From NCBI GenBank assembly GCA_017992655.1, contig JAGOOF010000001.1, positions 1-24,423 of the forward strand: a stretch of 24,423 nucleotides of DNA. Direction: 5' to 3'. Under the pieces are notes generated by a model. The model saw only the letters and a list, made by a program, of their open reading frames with translations. It did not search any database and was not told the DNA's origin. Numbering within the stretch: the stretch's first letter is position 1; every line of letters begins with the position of its first letter. Shown here in pieces: positions 7,859 to 16,830 of the stretch. Both the position numbers and the translations under genes were made by a program. Source of the DNA: Patescibacteria group bacterium (GTDB lineage Bacteria; Patescibacteriota; UBA1384).

Positions 7859-7987
7859 TTATCCTTGTCTTTGCTTGTGGCGTGGGTTAACGCACTTCAC
7901 TATTTTTTTAGGAATACCAGTTTTTCCTCGCCTGCGGATAATTTGACATTTATCACATATTTTTTTAACAGATGCTCGAACTTTCAT
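7859..7987 (-). CDS. rpmJ: 50S ribosomal protein bL36, zinc-type, 42 aa (absent from the ORF track)
   Basis: Hand translation: [42 protein letters not shown]. Canonical position between infA and rpsM. AAGGA upstream of the ATG. Confidence 0.93.
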   Translation of the reverse strand: MKVRASVKKICDKCQIIRRRGKTGIPKKIVKCVNPRHKQRQG

Positions 7988-7989
7988 GG

Positions 7990-8217
7990 CTATCCTTGAT
8001 TGATGTTTAATCTATGAGTGATACGCGCTTTTGTTAAATCGTAAGGGCTCATTTCTAGCTTTACTCTGTCGCCTGGAACAACCTTTATGTAATTCATGCG
8101 CATTTTACCAGACAGATGAGCAAGAATCTCTTGCCCGCTTTGGAGTGCAACACGAAACATAGCACTAGGCAATGCTTCAGTCACAGTGCCTTCCAGCTCA
8201 ACCATTTCTTTACTCAT
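7990..8217 (-). CDS. infA: translation initiation factor IF-1
   Basis: [43 protein letters not shown]. Confidence 0.97.
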   Translation of the reverse strand: MSKEMVELEGTVTEALPSAMFRVALQSGQEILAHLSGKMRMNYIKVVPGDRVKLEMSPYDLTKARITHRLNINQG

Positions 8218-8236
8218 TTATATAACCTTCCACAAC

Positions 8237-8245
8237 TTATCCACA
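8237..8245. promoter_or_regulatory. perfect DnaA box, with a degenerate second box CCTTCCACA at 8226-8234
   Basis: TTATCCACA on the + strand in the map-infA spacer, an exact match to the established consensus. Confidence 0.65.
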
Positions 8246-8251
8246 TGAAAA

Positions 8252-8280
8252 ATTTTAGCATAAATAACACCAAAAGTCAA
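8252..8280 (-). promoter_or_regulatory. sigma70 promoter with extended -10 for the infA...alpha operon
   Basis: TTGACT (8280-8275), 17 bp spacer ending in TGC, TAAAAT (8257-8252). Confidence 0.78.
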
Positions 8281-8293
8281 CACCTGATTAATT

Positions 8294-9043
8294 TTACAGT
8301 TTAGTTAAAATTTCACACCCTGATTTGGTAATAAGTACTGTGTGTTCAAAATGTGCTGAAAGCGATTTGTCTTGAGTACGAATTGTCCAGCCATCATTAC
8401 GGTCAATTACAATTTCTGGCGATCCTAACGTGAGCATGGGCTCGATGGCAATAGTCATACCTGCCTCTAAGGGTGCTCCTTTACCATATGTACCATAATT
8501 AGGAATACTCGGCTCCTCCTGCAGTTTTTTCCCAATGCCGTGGCCAGTAAGGTCTCTTACCACCGCTAAACTGTGGGCTTGTGCCAAGTGAGAAACTGTC
8601 GCACCAATGTCGCCCACATGAGAACCGTGCTTTAGCTCTTTAATTGCTAAATATAAGGATTTTTTGGTAAGCTCTATTAATTTTTCTGCGTCTTTGTTAA
8701 TTTTCCCAACAGGAACTGTGAGTGCGGAGTCAGCATAATAACCGTTGTGTTTTACTCCCATGTCTAAACCGACGATATCCCCTTGTATCAATTTTTTCTT
8801 GTTGGGTATACCGTGCACAACAACTTCATTAGTTGAAGCGCAGAGCGTTGCGGGGTAACCGTTAAAACCGAGAAAAGCGGGTTTAACCCTATGTTTTTTA
8901 CAGAGATCAGTTGCTAAGGCGTCTAACTCATAGGTTGTTACTCCTGGTTTAACCGCAGAACTTAGCTCTTTCAAGATTGTAGCCAGTATTTTACCGGCGC
9001 TACGCATTCGCTCAATTTCAATCGCATTTTTCACTTTTATCAT
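8294..9043 (-). CDS. map: methionine aminopeptidase, type I
   Basis: Metal ligands in LDMG, YADSA, GHGIG, AIEPM and SAHFEHT, plus NEVVVHGIP. Confidence 0.97.
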   Translation of the reverse strand: MIKVKNAIEIERMRSAGKILATILKELSSAVKPGVTTYELDALATDLCKKHRVKPAFLGFNGYPATLCASTNEVVVHGIPNKKKLIQGDIVGLDMGVKHNGYYADSALTVPVGKINKDAEKLIELTKKSLYLAIKELKHGSHVGDIGATVSHLAQAHSLAVVRDLTGHGIGKKLQEEPSIPNYGTYGKGAPLEAGMTIAIEPMLTLGSPEIVIDRNDGWTIRTQDKSLSAHFEHTVLITKSGCEILTKL

Positions 9044-9957
9044 TTTATAATTCCAATTACCGCGGAGGCATTAACGTTTGTGTTGATGAGTTGATCTAAG
9101 AGTAAAGAATATATAATAGGCTGTCTATTGCTTAAAAAGACGAGGTAATTGCCATCGTTTGATATGCGGAGATTTTTAATATCAGCAGGAGTCTGCGAGA
9201 GGTTGTAGTGCTCATTTTCTTTAATCATTTTTATTCCTTTTTCTGTATTGTCACCCGCATTTTTTGACACTGTATAGGCAATGATATTTCCTGTTGCAAC
9301 AAGCTCTCGAACGTAACCACTTTCTTTTTTAATAATTTTGCTAGCGGTGCCATTTTTATTGGCTTCCCATATTTCACTTCCATTTTCTTTCTCTAAACAG
9401 TAAATGAGGTTTTCGTTATCTTTCCAGCTCACGGACGTGATTTTACTGCTTGTGTTGGCAATACTGCCGATGTGCTGACCACTAGCTGATGTCAGCGCTA
9501 GTTTGTAGCCGAAATCGCGTTCCGCATTAGAAAATGTTATAAGTGCTGCTTCCTCACCGCTAGGGCTTAGTAGAGGTACTACGCCGTCGCTAATATCAAA
9601 AGTAGTTTCTTGTGTTTCGCCTATTCTATTAACAAGGTAAACTTCTTGCTTGTCGAGAGAGAAAAACGTGCCATTTTCACTACTAGGCGACGTAGTGCCT
9701 CCCACGTCATTCACTATTTTTTTATTTTCGCTAGTGGCAAGGTTCAAATGGAAGAGTGAATTACTGTTGATGTAAACCAAAGTACCTTCTATTTCATTTT
9801 GCTTTAAAGCGCTAATTTCTGAAACAGCGAGATCAATTTCTTTAACATTGTCTTCACGTGGTGTTGCCCCTCCATTGTGGATATAAAGAAAAGCGACTAA
9901 AACAACGAGTGAGACAGCAAGCAAGTAGCTAATAAGGCGCTTATTTTTTTTACTCAT
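9040..9957 (-). CDS. hypothetical protein with an N-terminal membrane anchor and a beta-rich, possibly TolB/PD40-like propeller domain
   Basis: 305 aa. Basic N-terminus, then LLAVSLVVLVAFLYI. LSPSGEEAALI, VSWKDNENLIY and ISNDGNYLVFLS resemble propeller blade turns. Tightly coupled to secY and map. Confidence 0.8.
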   Translation of the reverse strand: MSKKNKRLISYLLAVSLVVLVAFLYIHNGGATPREDNVKEIDLAVSEISALKQNEIEGTLVYINSNSLFHLNLATSENKKIVNDVGGTTSPSSENGTFFSLDKQEVYLVNRIGETQETTFDISDGVVPLLSPSGEEAALITFSNAERDFGYKLALTSASGQHIGSIANTSSKITSVSWKDNENLIYCLEKENGSEIWEANKNGTASKIIKKESGYVRELVATGNIIAYTVSKNAGDNTEKGIKMIKENEHYNLSQTPADIKNLRISNDGNYLVFLSNRQPIIYSLLLDQLINTNVNASAVIGIIK

Positions 9958-9958
9958 G

Positions 9959-11245
9959 CTAAATAAACTTATCGTATGTTTGTGTTGCCATTTGAGACTT
10001 AATTTGGTTCATTACTTCAATGGCAACTGCAACGATAATAAGGATTCCAGTTCCACCTAATGCAATTGTCCTAAATTCGGGCGTGCTTGCTTGTAATAAA
10101 TAAGGGATAATTGCCACAAGCGCTAAAAAGAGCGCACCAGTGGACGTGATTCTATAAAGAATAGTGTGAATGTAGCTTGCAGTCTCTTTGCCTGGCCTTA
10201 CGCCGGGAACGAAACTTCCTTGTTTCTGTAAATTCTCTGCGATCTGTTGTGGCTTAACGATAATTGATACATAGAAAAAAGTAAACGTCACTATTAAGAC
10301 AAAAAAGAGAGAGGCGTAAACATAGTTATTATTAATGAGTGAATTGACGGTATTTGCCGCTGAACGTAACCAATCCGAGCGTGCATCTGCAAATAGTTGC
10401 GCCAAAAATCCTGGAATCACTAAAATGCTGGTGGCGAAAATAATAGGAATTACGCCGGCAGCATTAATCTTGATAGGTAGATAAGATTCAACGTTTGTTG
10501 CGGAGCGCGAAGAGGCAACGCGGCGCGCATATGTAACCGGAATTCTTCTTTCTGCAAGCGTTACCCAAATTATTACAACGATCATCGCTATTATGATTAG
10601 GCCGTATAAGCTTGCCATGAAGATCTGCGTGGGGTTGCCTGCAACTACTTGTGTTAGGTTTTGTATACTTTGTGGTAAGCCGGCAATGATGCCAATCGCG
10701 ATAATCATCGATACACCATTTCCAATCCCTTTTTCACTAATTATTTCACCTAGCCACATTAAAAGTACGCTACTGGCCGCAGCTACGCTCAAAACAATAA
10801 ACATGTCCCAGTTGTTTTCTATTTTAACAACGTTTTGACTTGCCAGGAGTTTGATGAGGCCATATCCTTCTATGAAAGCAAGAGGAACAGAGGCAAGCCG
10901 GGTGTATTGGTTGATTTTACGTCTCCCATACTCCCCTTCTTTTTGGAGAGCTTCAAGCTGGGGGATAAGCATGGTGAGTAATTGAAAAGCAATAGATGCG
11001 GTAATATAGGGTCCCACCCCAAGCAGAGCAAGCGAAAAACGGCCCACTGCCCCACCTGAAAACATATCTAAAAGACCAAACATTTGGTTTTGCTCGAAGA
11101 ACATGCGTAATCCAGCTATGTCAACACCGGGAAGAGGAATTTGGGCGATGGCACGAAAAACTACAATCAATCCTAATGTTACAAGAATGCGCTTACGCAA
11201 ATCCTTATTTAAAAAAATAAGATTGAGTGATTTAAGTGGTTGCAT
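9959..11245 (-). CDS. secY: preprotein translocase subunit SecY
   Basis: [77 protein letters not shown]. Confidence 0.98.
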   Translation of the reverse strand: MQPLKSLNLIFLNKDLRKRILVTLGLIVVFRAIAQIPLPGVDIAGLRMFFEQNQMFGLLDMFSGGAVGRFSLALLGVGPYITASIAFQLLTMLIPQLEALQKEGEYGRRKINQYTRLASVPLAFIEGYGLIKLLASQNVVKIENNWDMFIVLSVAAASSVLLMWLGEIISEKGIGNGVSMIIAIGIIAGLPQSIQNLTQVVAGNPTQIFMASLYGLIIIAMIVVIIWVTLAERRIPVTYARRVASSRSATNVESYLPIKINAAGVIPIIFATSILVIPGFLAQLFADARSDWLRSAANTVNSLINNNYVYASLFFVLIVTFTFFYVSIIVKPQQIAENLQKQGSFVPGVRPGKETASYIHTILYRITSTGALFLALVAIIPYLLQASTPEFRTIALGGTGILIIVAVAIEVMNQIKSQMATQTYDKFI

Positions 11246-11477
11246 TATCTTTCTTTTTCAGCGCTTTTTTGTCGTGCCTTCTACGGGAAGGACCTTTTAG
11301 CTTTGGTAGACGGGCAAAAAGTGGTGATTGCCCACCCTCAAAACGGGCAGCAACACCACGCCCGGAGCGCGATTTTTGCCCCTTTGTACCACGGCCAGCG
11401 GTCTTACCAAGGCCTGCTGCGATGCCACGTCCTGCGCGCTTACGCTCTTTAACTATTTTTGGCAGTTTGTTTAACAT
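11232..11477 (-). CDS. rplO: 50S ribosomal protein uL15, truncated (81 aa)
   Basis: [26 protein letters not shown] and [14 protein letters not shown] are the uL15 N-terminal signature. Canonical position before secY. Confidence 0.92.
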   Translation of the reverse strand: MLNKLPKIVKERKRAGRGIAAGLGKTAGRGTKGQKSRSGRGVAARFEGGQSPLFARLPKLKGPSRRRHDKKALKKKDNATT

Positions 11478-11994
11478 CTTTTTTCTTATCCTCTTTTACT
11501 GTTTCCTTTAAGCTATATAAGGTATGTAGTTTGTTTAGGGACTGCAAAGCACCAAGTGTTGCCTGAGCGATATTGTGCTTATTGGCAGAACCGAGTGATT
11601 TTGCGACAATGTTGCGAATGCCCACAGCTTCAATAATCGCCCTTACTGTGCCCCCTGCAATAACAGATGTACCTTTAGGAGCAGGCTTCAAGTGTATTCT
11701 CGCACTTCCGCTAACATGCGTAACCTCATAAGGAATTGTTTCATTAATGATTGTCACTGCACACATTTTTCTTCTTGCTTTCGCGTTTGCCTTGCTAATT
11801 GCAAGGCTTACATCTCCCGCCTTACCTACTCCGATGCCAACTTTCCCTTTACCGTCGCCAATAACTACCAGCGCTCTAAAGCGGATACGACGTCCACCCT
11901 TTACCGTGCGGGAAACACGATCGATCTGAATTACCTTTTCGATCATGTCGCTTTTAGGCCGAGTAACTTTTTCTCTTCTCCCTGTATTTCTCAT
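11449..11994 (-). CDS. rpsE: 30S ribosomal protein uS5
   Basis: [41 protein letters not shown]. Confidence 0.97.
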   Translation of the reverse strand: MRNTGRREKVTRPKSDMIEKVIQIDRVSRTVKGGRRIRFRALVVIGDGKGKVGIGVGKAGDVSLAISKANAKARRKMCAVTIINETIPYEVTHVSGSARIHLKPAPKGTSVIAGGTVRAIIEAVGIRNIVAKSLGSANKHNIAQATLGALQSLNKLHTLYSLKETVKEDKKKDVKQTAKNS

Positions 11995-12344
11995 ATCGTA
12001 ATCCCTTTTTCTCGAATTGATTCAATTACTTTTTTAATATTACCGGTATATGGGTAGCCACTGCGGTCAAATTTGAGGGCTTTAATATTGTTCTTTTTCA
12101 TATAAGCACTAATTTTTCGTGCAAGCCAATTAATTCTTTCCTGTGCAGGGAGAGACCTTGCTTCTTTTGCTTTTGTTGTAACGCCAATCAGTGTATTTTG
12201 TTTAACGTCGTCTATTAACTGCATTTCGATATAGCGCGCGCTTTTATAGGCCACTAATCTTGGACGATTGGCAGTGCGAATAATCTTCGTTTTCGAACGG
12301 CCCGCCCGAATTTGTCTTAGCTTGTTACGATTACTGATTTTCAT
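11991..12344 (-). CDS. rplR: 50S ribosomal protein uL18 (divergent)
   Basis: RPRLVAYKS, QLIDD, FDRSGYPY.G. Located between rplF and rpsE. Confidence 0.9.
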   Translation of the reverse strand: MKISNRNKLRQIRAGRSKTKIIRTANRPRLVAYKSARYIEMQLIDDVKQNTLIGVTTKAKEARSLPAQERINWLARKISAYMKKNNIKALKFDRSGYPYTGNIKKVIESIREKGITI

Positions 12345-12901
12345 TATTTCGCTCCTCCGCCTTCGGCCGCTTTTGCCGCTTTGCCCGCTTTTCTTCTAAC
12401 TACTTCATTGCTATAGCGAATACCTTTTCCCTTATAAGGCTCGGGAAGACGATAACGACGAATTTGTGCGGCAACTTCGCCTACTAGCTGTTTGTCGATG
12501 CCACTTATAACTATGGTATTCTTTTTTACTTCAATTTCTATGCCTTCAGGTATTTCATGCTCTACCGGGTGGGAGAAGCCCAGGCTCAAAATTAATTTTC
12601 TTTCCTTGACCTCTGCTTTATAGCCAACACCCTTCATCTCTAACTGTTTGGTAAAACCTTCTGTTACTCCTATTACAAGATTATTAATAAGAGTTCTTGT
12701 GAGGCCATATAAGCTCTTATGAAGGCGTGTATTACCCTTAGGGGCAACGATAATGCGGCCATCTTCAATCTTCACAGACATAAAGTCGTGAAGGTCGTAG
12801 GAGATAGTTCCTTTCGGCCCAGTTACAGCAACAGTCTGTCCAGATATGTCGACCGTTACGCTTTCGGGGATAATGATTGGTAATTTACCGATTCTGCTCA
12901 T
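12344..12901 (-). CDS. rplF: 50S ribosomal protein uL6
   Basis: MSRIGKLPI start (ATG 12901), GPKG, LGFSHP, PEPYKGKGIRY. Confidence 0.97.
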   Translation of the reverse strand: MSRIGKLPIIIPESVTVDISGQTVAVTGPKGTISYDLHDFMSVKIEDGRIIVAPKGNTRLHKSLYGLTRTLINNLVIGVTEGFTKQLEMKGVGYKAEVKERKLILSLGFSHPVEHEIPEGIEIEVKKNTIVISGIDKQLVGEVAAQIRRYRLPEPYKGKGIRYSNEVVRRKAGKAAKAAEGGGAK

Positions 12902-12902
12902 T

Positions 12903-13283
12903 TTAATAAACCTCACAAATAATTTCACCGCCTACGCCTTCTTTTGCTGCTTGCGATCCAGTAATAACGCCTTTGCTCGTCGAGACAATGAGGAGACCCC
13001 GTCCCCTAAGAGGACGAGGAAGAAGGCGAGCGCCACGATAAATACGATTGCCAGGCTTGCTTACGCGACGCATGTGAAAAATCGGTTTTTCTCCGAGTGT
13101 AAGTGACAATACTTTTTTATTATCTTTCTCTGTTATGTCAACATTTTCTAGGTAGCCTTTAGACAAAAGAATATGAGCGATCGCTTCCTTATTTTTTGAA
13201 TACTGCGAAACCACGTCATGGCGACCAACCGCCTTGGCGTTTTTAATAGCAGTTAACATATTCGCAATTGGATCTGTTACCAT
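12903..13283 (-). CDS. rpsH: 30S ribosomal protein uS8
   Basis: [42 protein letters not shown]. Confidence 0.96.
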   Translation of the reverse strand: MVTDPIANMLTAIKNAKAVGRHDVVSQYSKNKEAIAHILLSKGYLENVDITEKDNKKVLSLTLGEKPIFHMRRVSKPGNRIYRGARLLPRPLRGRGLLIVSTSKGVITGSQAAKEGVGGEIICEVY

Positions 13284-13462
13284 GATGATTTTGTTACTCC
13301 TGGTATTTTACCTTCGCTGGCTAATTCTCTAAAACATATACGACACAAGCCAAACTGGCGTAAATAACCGTGGGGACGGCCACACTTCTGGCATCTTCTT
13401 ACTATGCGGCTAGAAAATTTTGGTTTTCTCTCGGCACGCGCGATCATTGATTTTTTAGCCAT
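13277..13462 (-). CDS. rpsN: 30S ribosomal protein uS14, zinc-binding type Z (61 aa)
   Basis: MAKKSMI start, [29 protein letters not shown]. Confidence 0.96.
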   Translation of the reverse strand: MAKKSMIARAERKPKFSSRIVRRCQKCGRPHGYLRQFGLCRICFRELASEGKIPGVTKSSW

Positions 13463-14000
13463 TATTCTCCTTATTTTCTCGCACAAATGGCATCCCAAAA
13501 GCAGTTAACAACACTTTGCTTTTGTTTCTGTCTGAATTGTTGATGCGAAAATTTATTTGCATACCATGATTGTGCTTAATTTTATCATAAGCGATCTCTG
13601 GGAAAATAATTTGTTCTTTAAGGGCAACGGTATAGTTTCCTTGTTTATCAAAATGTTTTAAGCTTAAGCCTTTAAAATCTCTAATACGTGGTAAAGTTAT
13701 GGCAACAAGTCTTTCTACAAAATTTAACATTCTTTGTCCGCGCAGTGTGACCATCGCACCAACTTTATCATTTTCTCTTATTTTAAATCCGGCAATTGCC
13801 TTTTTTGCGCGAGTCACGACGGGTTTTTGTCCGCTAATTACCGTTAAAGTGTCAATAACTTCTTTCAGGTAAGATTCGTCTTTTGTTGCCATTCCCGCGC
13901 CAACATTAATAACTACCTTTTCCAAGCGAGGCAAGGCCATGGGGTTCTTTACCCCCAAGTCGGTAGCAACCTTTTTGTTGATATCTTTTATATTAATCAT
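13455..14000 (-). CDS. rplE: 50S ribosomal protein uL5
   Basis: [45 protein letters not shown]. Confidence 0.97.
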   Translation of the reverse strand: MINIKDINKKVATDLGVKNPMALPRLEKVVINVGAGMATKDESYLKEVIDTLTVISGQKPVVTRAKKAIAGFKIRENDKVGAMVTLRGQRMLNFVERLVAITLPRIRDFKGLSLKHFDKQGNYTVALKEQIIFPEIAYDKIKHNHGMQINFRINNSDRNKSKVLLTAFGMPFVRENKENNG

Positions 14001-14305
14001 TTAAAGCTCTTTTTACATTTTTTACAGAATCTTGCTTTGTTTTTTTTATTAGTGGAATATGAAACGCGCGTTGGCTTTGCGCAGTTAGGGCAGATTATCT
14101 GGATATTAGAAATATTAACAGGTAACGTCTTATCAACAATTCCTCCACGCACAGTTTGTGCTTTTGCTTTGAGATGCTTCTTAACAACGTTAATACCTTT
14201 TACAATTGCTTTGTTTTTTCCTGGCATAACCAAAAGTACTTCGCCCGTTTTGTTGCGATTATTGCCAGATAGCATCTTAACTGTGTCGCCTTTTTTAATT
14301 TTCAT
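13997..14305 (-). CDS. rplX: 50S ribosomal protein uL24
   Basis: [28 protein letters not shown]. Confidence 0.96.
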   Translation of the reverse strand: MKIKKGDTVKMLSGNNRNKTGEVLLVMPGKNKAIVKGINVVKKHLKAKAQTVRGGIVDKTLPVNISNIQIICPNCAKPTRVSYSTNKKNKARFCKKCKKSFK

Positions 14306-14670
14306 AAAACCTCTGGAGCAAGAGAAATTATTTTTTTGTAGCCTGCATCACGTATTTCTCGCGCAACCGGACCAAAGATACGTGTTCCGCGTGGTGTTTT
14401 ATCGTCGGCAATTATCACAACAGCATTTTCATCGAATCTTACAACGGTGCCGTCAGCTCGTCTTGTTGGCTTTACCTGGCGTACGATAGTTGCTTTGACC
14501 ACTTCTTTCTTTTTCACCGTGCCTCGAGGAGCTGCAGATTTAACAGACGCAACAATAATGTCACCAAGGGTGGCACCAGCTGGTTTAGCTCCGCCAATTA
14601 CCTTAATGCAAGCAACGCTTTTTGCTCCTGTATTATCGGCGACTTGTAATTTTGTTCCTGGCTGAATCAT
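14302..14670 (-). CDS. rplN: 50S ribosomal protein uL14
   Basis: [38 protein letters not shown]. Confidence 0.98.
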   Translation of the reverse strand: MIQPGTKLQVADNTGAKSVACIKVIGGAKPAGATLGDIIVASVKSAAPRGTVKKKEVVKATIVRQVKPTRRADGTVVRFDENAVVIIADDKTPRGTRIFGPVAREIRDAGYKKIISLAPEVL

Positions 14671-14671
14671 T

Positions 14672-14905
14672 TTAAGCTTTCTTTATTATTTCTACCACTT
14701 GCCATTTTTTTCTTTTAGAAACAGGCTTTGTATCGTTTATCTCAACTATATCGTTCACGTGAGCGCTATTTTGGGGGTCGTGAACAATGAATTTCTTGCT
14801 TACGCGAAATTGTTTGCCGTACAATTTATGCCTCTTAAGAATTGTTCGTGTTGCGACAATTGTTTTGGGCGATACTTTTTCCACTACAGCAATAATCTTA
14901 GCCAT
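14672..14905 (-). CDS. rpsQ: 30S ribosomal protein uS17
   Basis: [28 protein letters not shown]. Start at ATG 14905 overlapping the rpmC stop. Confidence 0.93.
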   Translation of the reverse strand: MAKIIAVVEKVSPKTIVATRTILKRHKLYGKQFRVSKKFIVHDPQNSAHVNDIVEINDTKPVSKRKKWQVVEIIKKA

Positions 14906-15101
14906 TTTTTCTTTCTTTAAGGATAGTTTTAAGGCGTGCAATATCACGACGAATTTTTTTCGCTTCGCGCACGTTCTTAATTTTACCTCCAATATGGTCA
15001 AAAATCAAGCTCGCGACCTTATTTTCAAGGGTAATTATTTCTTTTTCAACTTCGGCTACGGTCGCCTTGTGGAATTTTACATTATATTCTTTAATTTTCA
15101 T
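14898..15101 (-). CDS. rpmC: 50S ribosomal protein uL29
   Basis: Two-helix pattern with [12 protein letters not shown]. Position between rplP and rpsQ. ATG at 15101. Confidence 0.88.
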   Translation of the reverse strand: MKIKEYNVKFHKATVAEVEKEIITLENKVASLIFDHIGGKIKNVREAKKIRRDIARLKTILKERKNG

Positions 15102-15513
15102 TTTCACCTTCTTTGACTACAAACACACAACGCACGGGTAGCTTGTGTGACGCAAGGCGCATTGCCTCTCTCGCAACATCTGTAGTGACACCATCTATTT
15201 CAAACATAAAAGTACCAGGCTTAACCGTTGCCACAAAATGATCTGGAGATCCCTTTCCTCCTCCCATCCCAACTTCTGCCGGAGTGGTGGTTACTACTCG
15301 ATCGGGGAATATGCGGATCCACACTTTGCCTCCTCTTTTCATGTAGCGAGTCATTGCCCGTCGGGCAGCCTCAATTTGGCGCGAGGTGATTGAGCCACGA
15401 GAAAGCGCTCTTAGCCCGTATGCGCCAAAAGAAATTTTATTAAGACGGGTACTAACTCCCTTACGGTTTCCCCGAAAATGTTTTCTGTGTTTAAGTTTTT
15501 TAGGAATTAACAT
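15091..15513 (-). CDS. rplP: 50S ribosomal protein uL16
   Basis: [41 protein letters not shown] at 15513. Confidence 0.97.
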   Translation of the reverse strand: MLIPKKLKHRKHFRGNRKGVSTRLNKISFGAYGLRALSRGSITSRQIEAARRAMTRYMKRGGKVWIRIFPDRVVTTTPAEVGMGGGKGSPDHFVATVKPGTFMFEIDGVTTDVAREAMRLASHKLPVRCVFVVKEGENEN

Positions 15514-16147
15514 TTTCACTCTCCGCTTTGTTCAATATCCAAACTTTTACGCCGACTGTTCCATATGTTGTTATGGCGTGAAAAACTGAAAAATCAATAT
15601 TTGCCTTCAGTGTTGAGAGAGGAATTGATCCTTCCGCAAACTTTTCTGTTCGGGCAATTTCTGCGCCATTTAAACGTCCCGCGACAGATACTTTCACGCC
15701 CAGTGCCCCGGCCTGCATCACTTTTTGTATTGCCATTTTGACGGCGCGACGGTAGGCAACGCGACGGCTGATTTGTCCTCCAATGTTCTGAGCAACCAGG
15801 CTAGCAGATAAATCCGGTTTTCTAATCTCAATAACTTCTACCTCTACTTTGCCGGGAGTAATCTTTTTAACAGCACCAGTTAGTTTTTCGATGTTTTGGC
15901 CAGAGCGTCCAATGAGTACACCTGGACGGCCAGTATGGATAGAAACCTTTGTTTTTTGTGCTGTACGTGCAATAGTTATATTCGCGATAGCAGCTTGAGG
16001 GCCACCTTCTTTTTCAATAAGAGCGCGTATTTTGATGTCTTGCTGTAGCTGCGCTCGGTATTGAGCGGGATTACTTGCAAACCAAACACTATCCCAGTTT
16101 TGCTTGATTGGCAAACGAAAACTTTTTGGATTAATTTTGTGACCCAT
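15500..16147 (-). CDS. rpsC: 30S ribosomal protein uS3
   Basis: [55 protein letters not shown]. Confidence 0.97.
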   Translation of the reverse strand: MGHKINPKSFRLPIKQNWDSVWFASNPAQYRAQLQQDIKIRALIEKEGGPQAAIANITIARTAQKTKVSIHTGRPGVLIGRSGQNIEKLTGAVKKITPGKVEVEVIEIRKPDLSASLVAQNIGGQISRRVAYRRAVKMAIQKVMQAGALGVKVSVAGRLNGAEIARTEKFAEGSIPLSTLKANIDFSVFHAITTYGTVGVKVWILNKAESENVNS

Positions 16148-16514
16148 TTTTTTCCTTTTTATCGCTTGTTTCGCTTGGTTGTGTTGCTTCGCTTAATGTT
16201 AATGACAAGTGAGACATTTGATGTTTATAGGCGTTTGAATAGCCCCGTGCCCCCGCTCGTTGACGGCGTAACCTCGCGCCTTGATTAACAGCGACATTAG
16301 CGACGACAATCGATTTTGCGTTTGGTGATTTTTCTTTAATAATTGCTTCTGCGTTGCTTAAGGCATGTAAAAAATACTCTTTGTATCCTTTGTTGCAATT
16401 ATTAACAATAAAGCGTGCTTGCTCAAGAGTCTTTTTCTGCAAAGCACTAGCTAACAACGCCATTTTTTTTGGCGATACTCGAATATAACGAATTAATACT
16501 TTTGCCTGTGTCAT
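16131..16514 (-). CDS. rplV: 50S ribosomal protein uL22 (divergent)
   Basis: RYIRVSPKK, VNQG, GARG, SHL. Position between rpsS and rpsC. Confidence 0.9.
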   Translation of the reverse strand: MTQAKVLIRYIRVSPKKMALLASALQKKTLEQARFIVNNCNKGYKEYFLHALSNAEAIIKEKSPNAKSIVVANVAVNQGARLRRQRAGARGYSNAYKHQMSHLSLTLSEATQPSETSDKKEKNGSQN

Positions 16515-16516
16515 AA

Positions 16517-16828
16517 TTATTTATCTTTTACTACGGGTGTTTTGTTTTCCGCAATGGCTTGTTCTTTCGCCATTTTACCACCGTGCTTACGAAACTTGCG
16601 TGTTGGAGAAAATTCACCAAGTTTGTGACCGACCATGTCTTCAGTGATAAAAACAGGTAAATGCTCTTTCCCGTTATGAATAGCAATGGTAAAACCTACG
16701 AATTCAGGGGCAACGACACTGCTTCGTGCCCATGTTTTTATTACTGTTTTATCGCCGGCTCTTAAGCCAGTGATTTTCTTTAGTAAATTTATATCTACGT
16801 AAGGACCTTTTTTGAGTGATCTAGACAT
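16517..16828 (-). CDS. rpsS: 30S ribosomal protein uS19
   Basis: [36 protein letters not shown]. Confidence 0.98.
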   Translation of the reverse strand: MSRSLKKGPYVDINLLKKITGLRAGDKTVIKTWARSSVVAPEFVGFTIAIHNGKEHLPVFITEDMVGHKLGEFSPTRKFRKHGGKMAKEQAIAENKTPVVKDK

Positions 16829-16830
16829 TT

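Noticed and set aside
8226-8245. Replication origin at the DnaA boxes
   Set aside because: Only one perfect and one weak box in a 76 bp spacer, with no box cluster, DUE repeats or dnaA/dnaN context.
11232-11290. Programmed frameshift extending uL15 or fusing it to SecY via A-rich runs
   Set aside because: The -1 frame stops at TAA within a few codons. The SecY frame has a TGA four codons before its ATG. No uL15 C-domain sequence exists in any frame.
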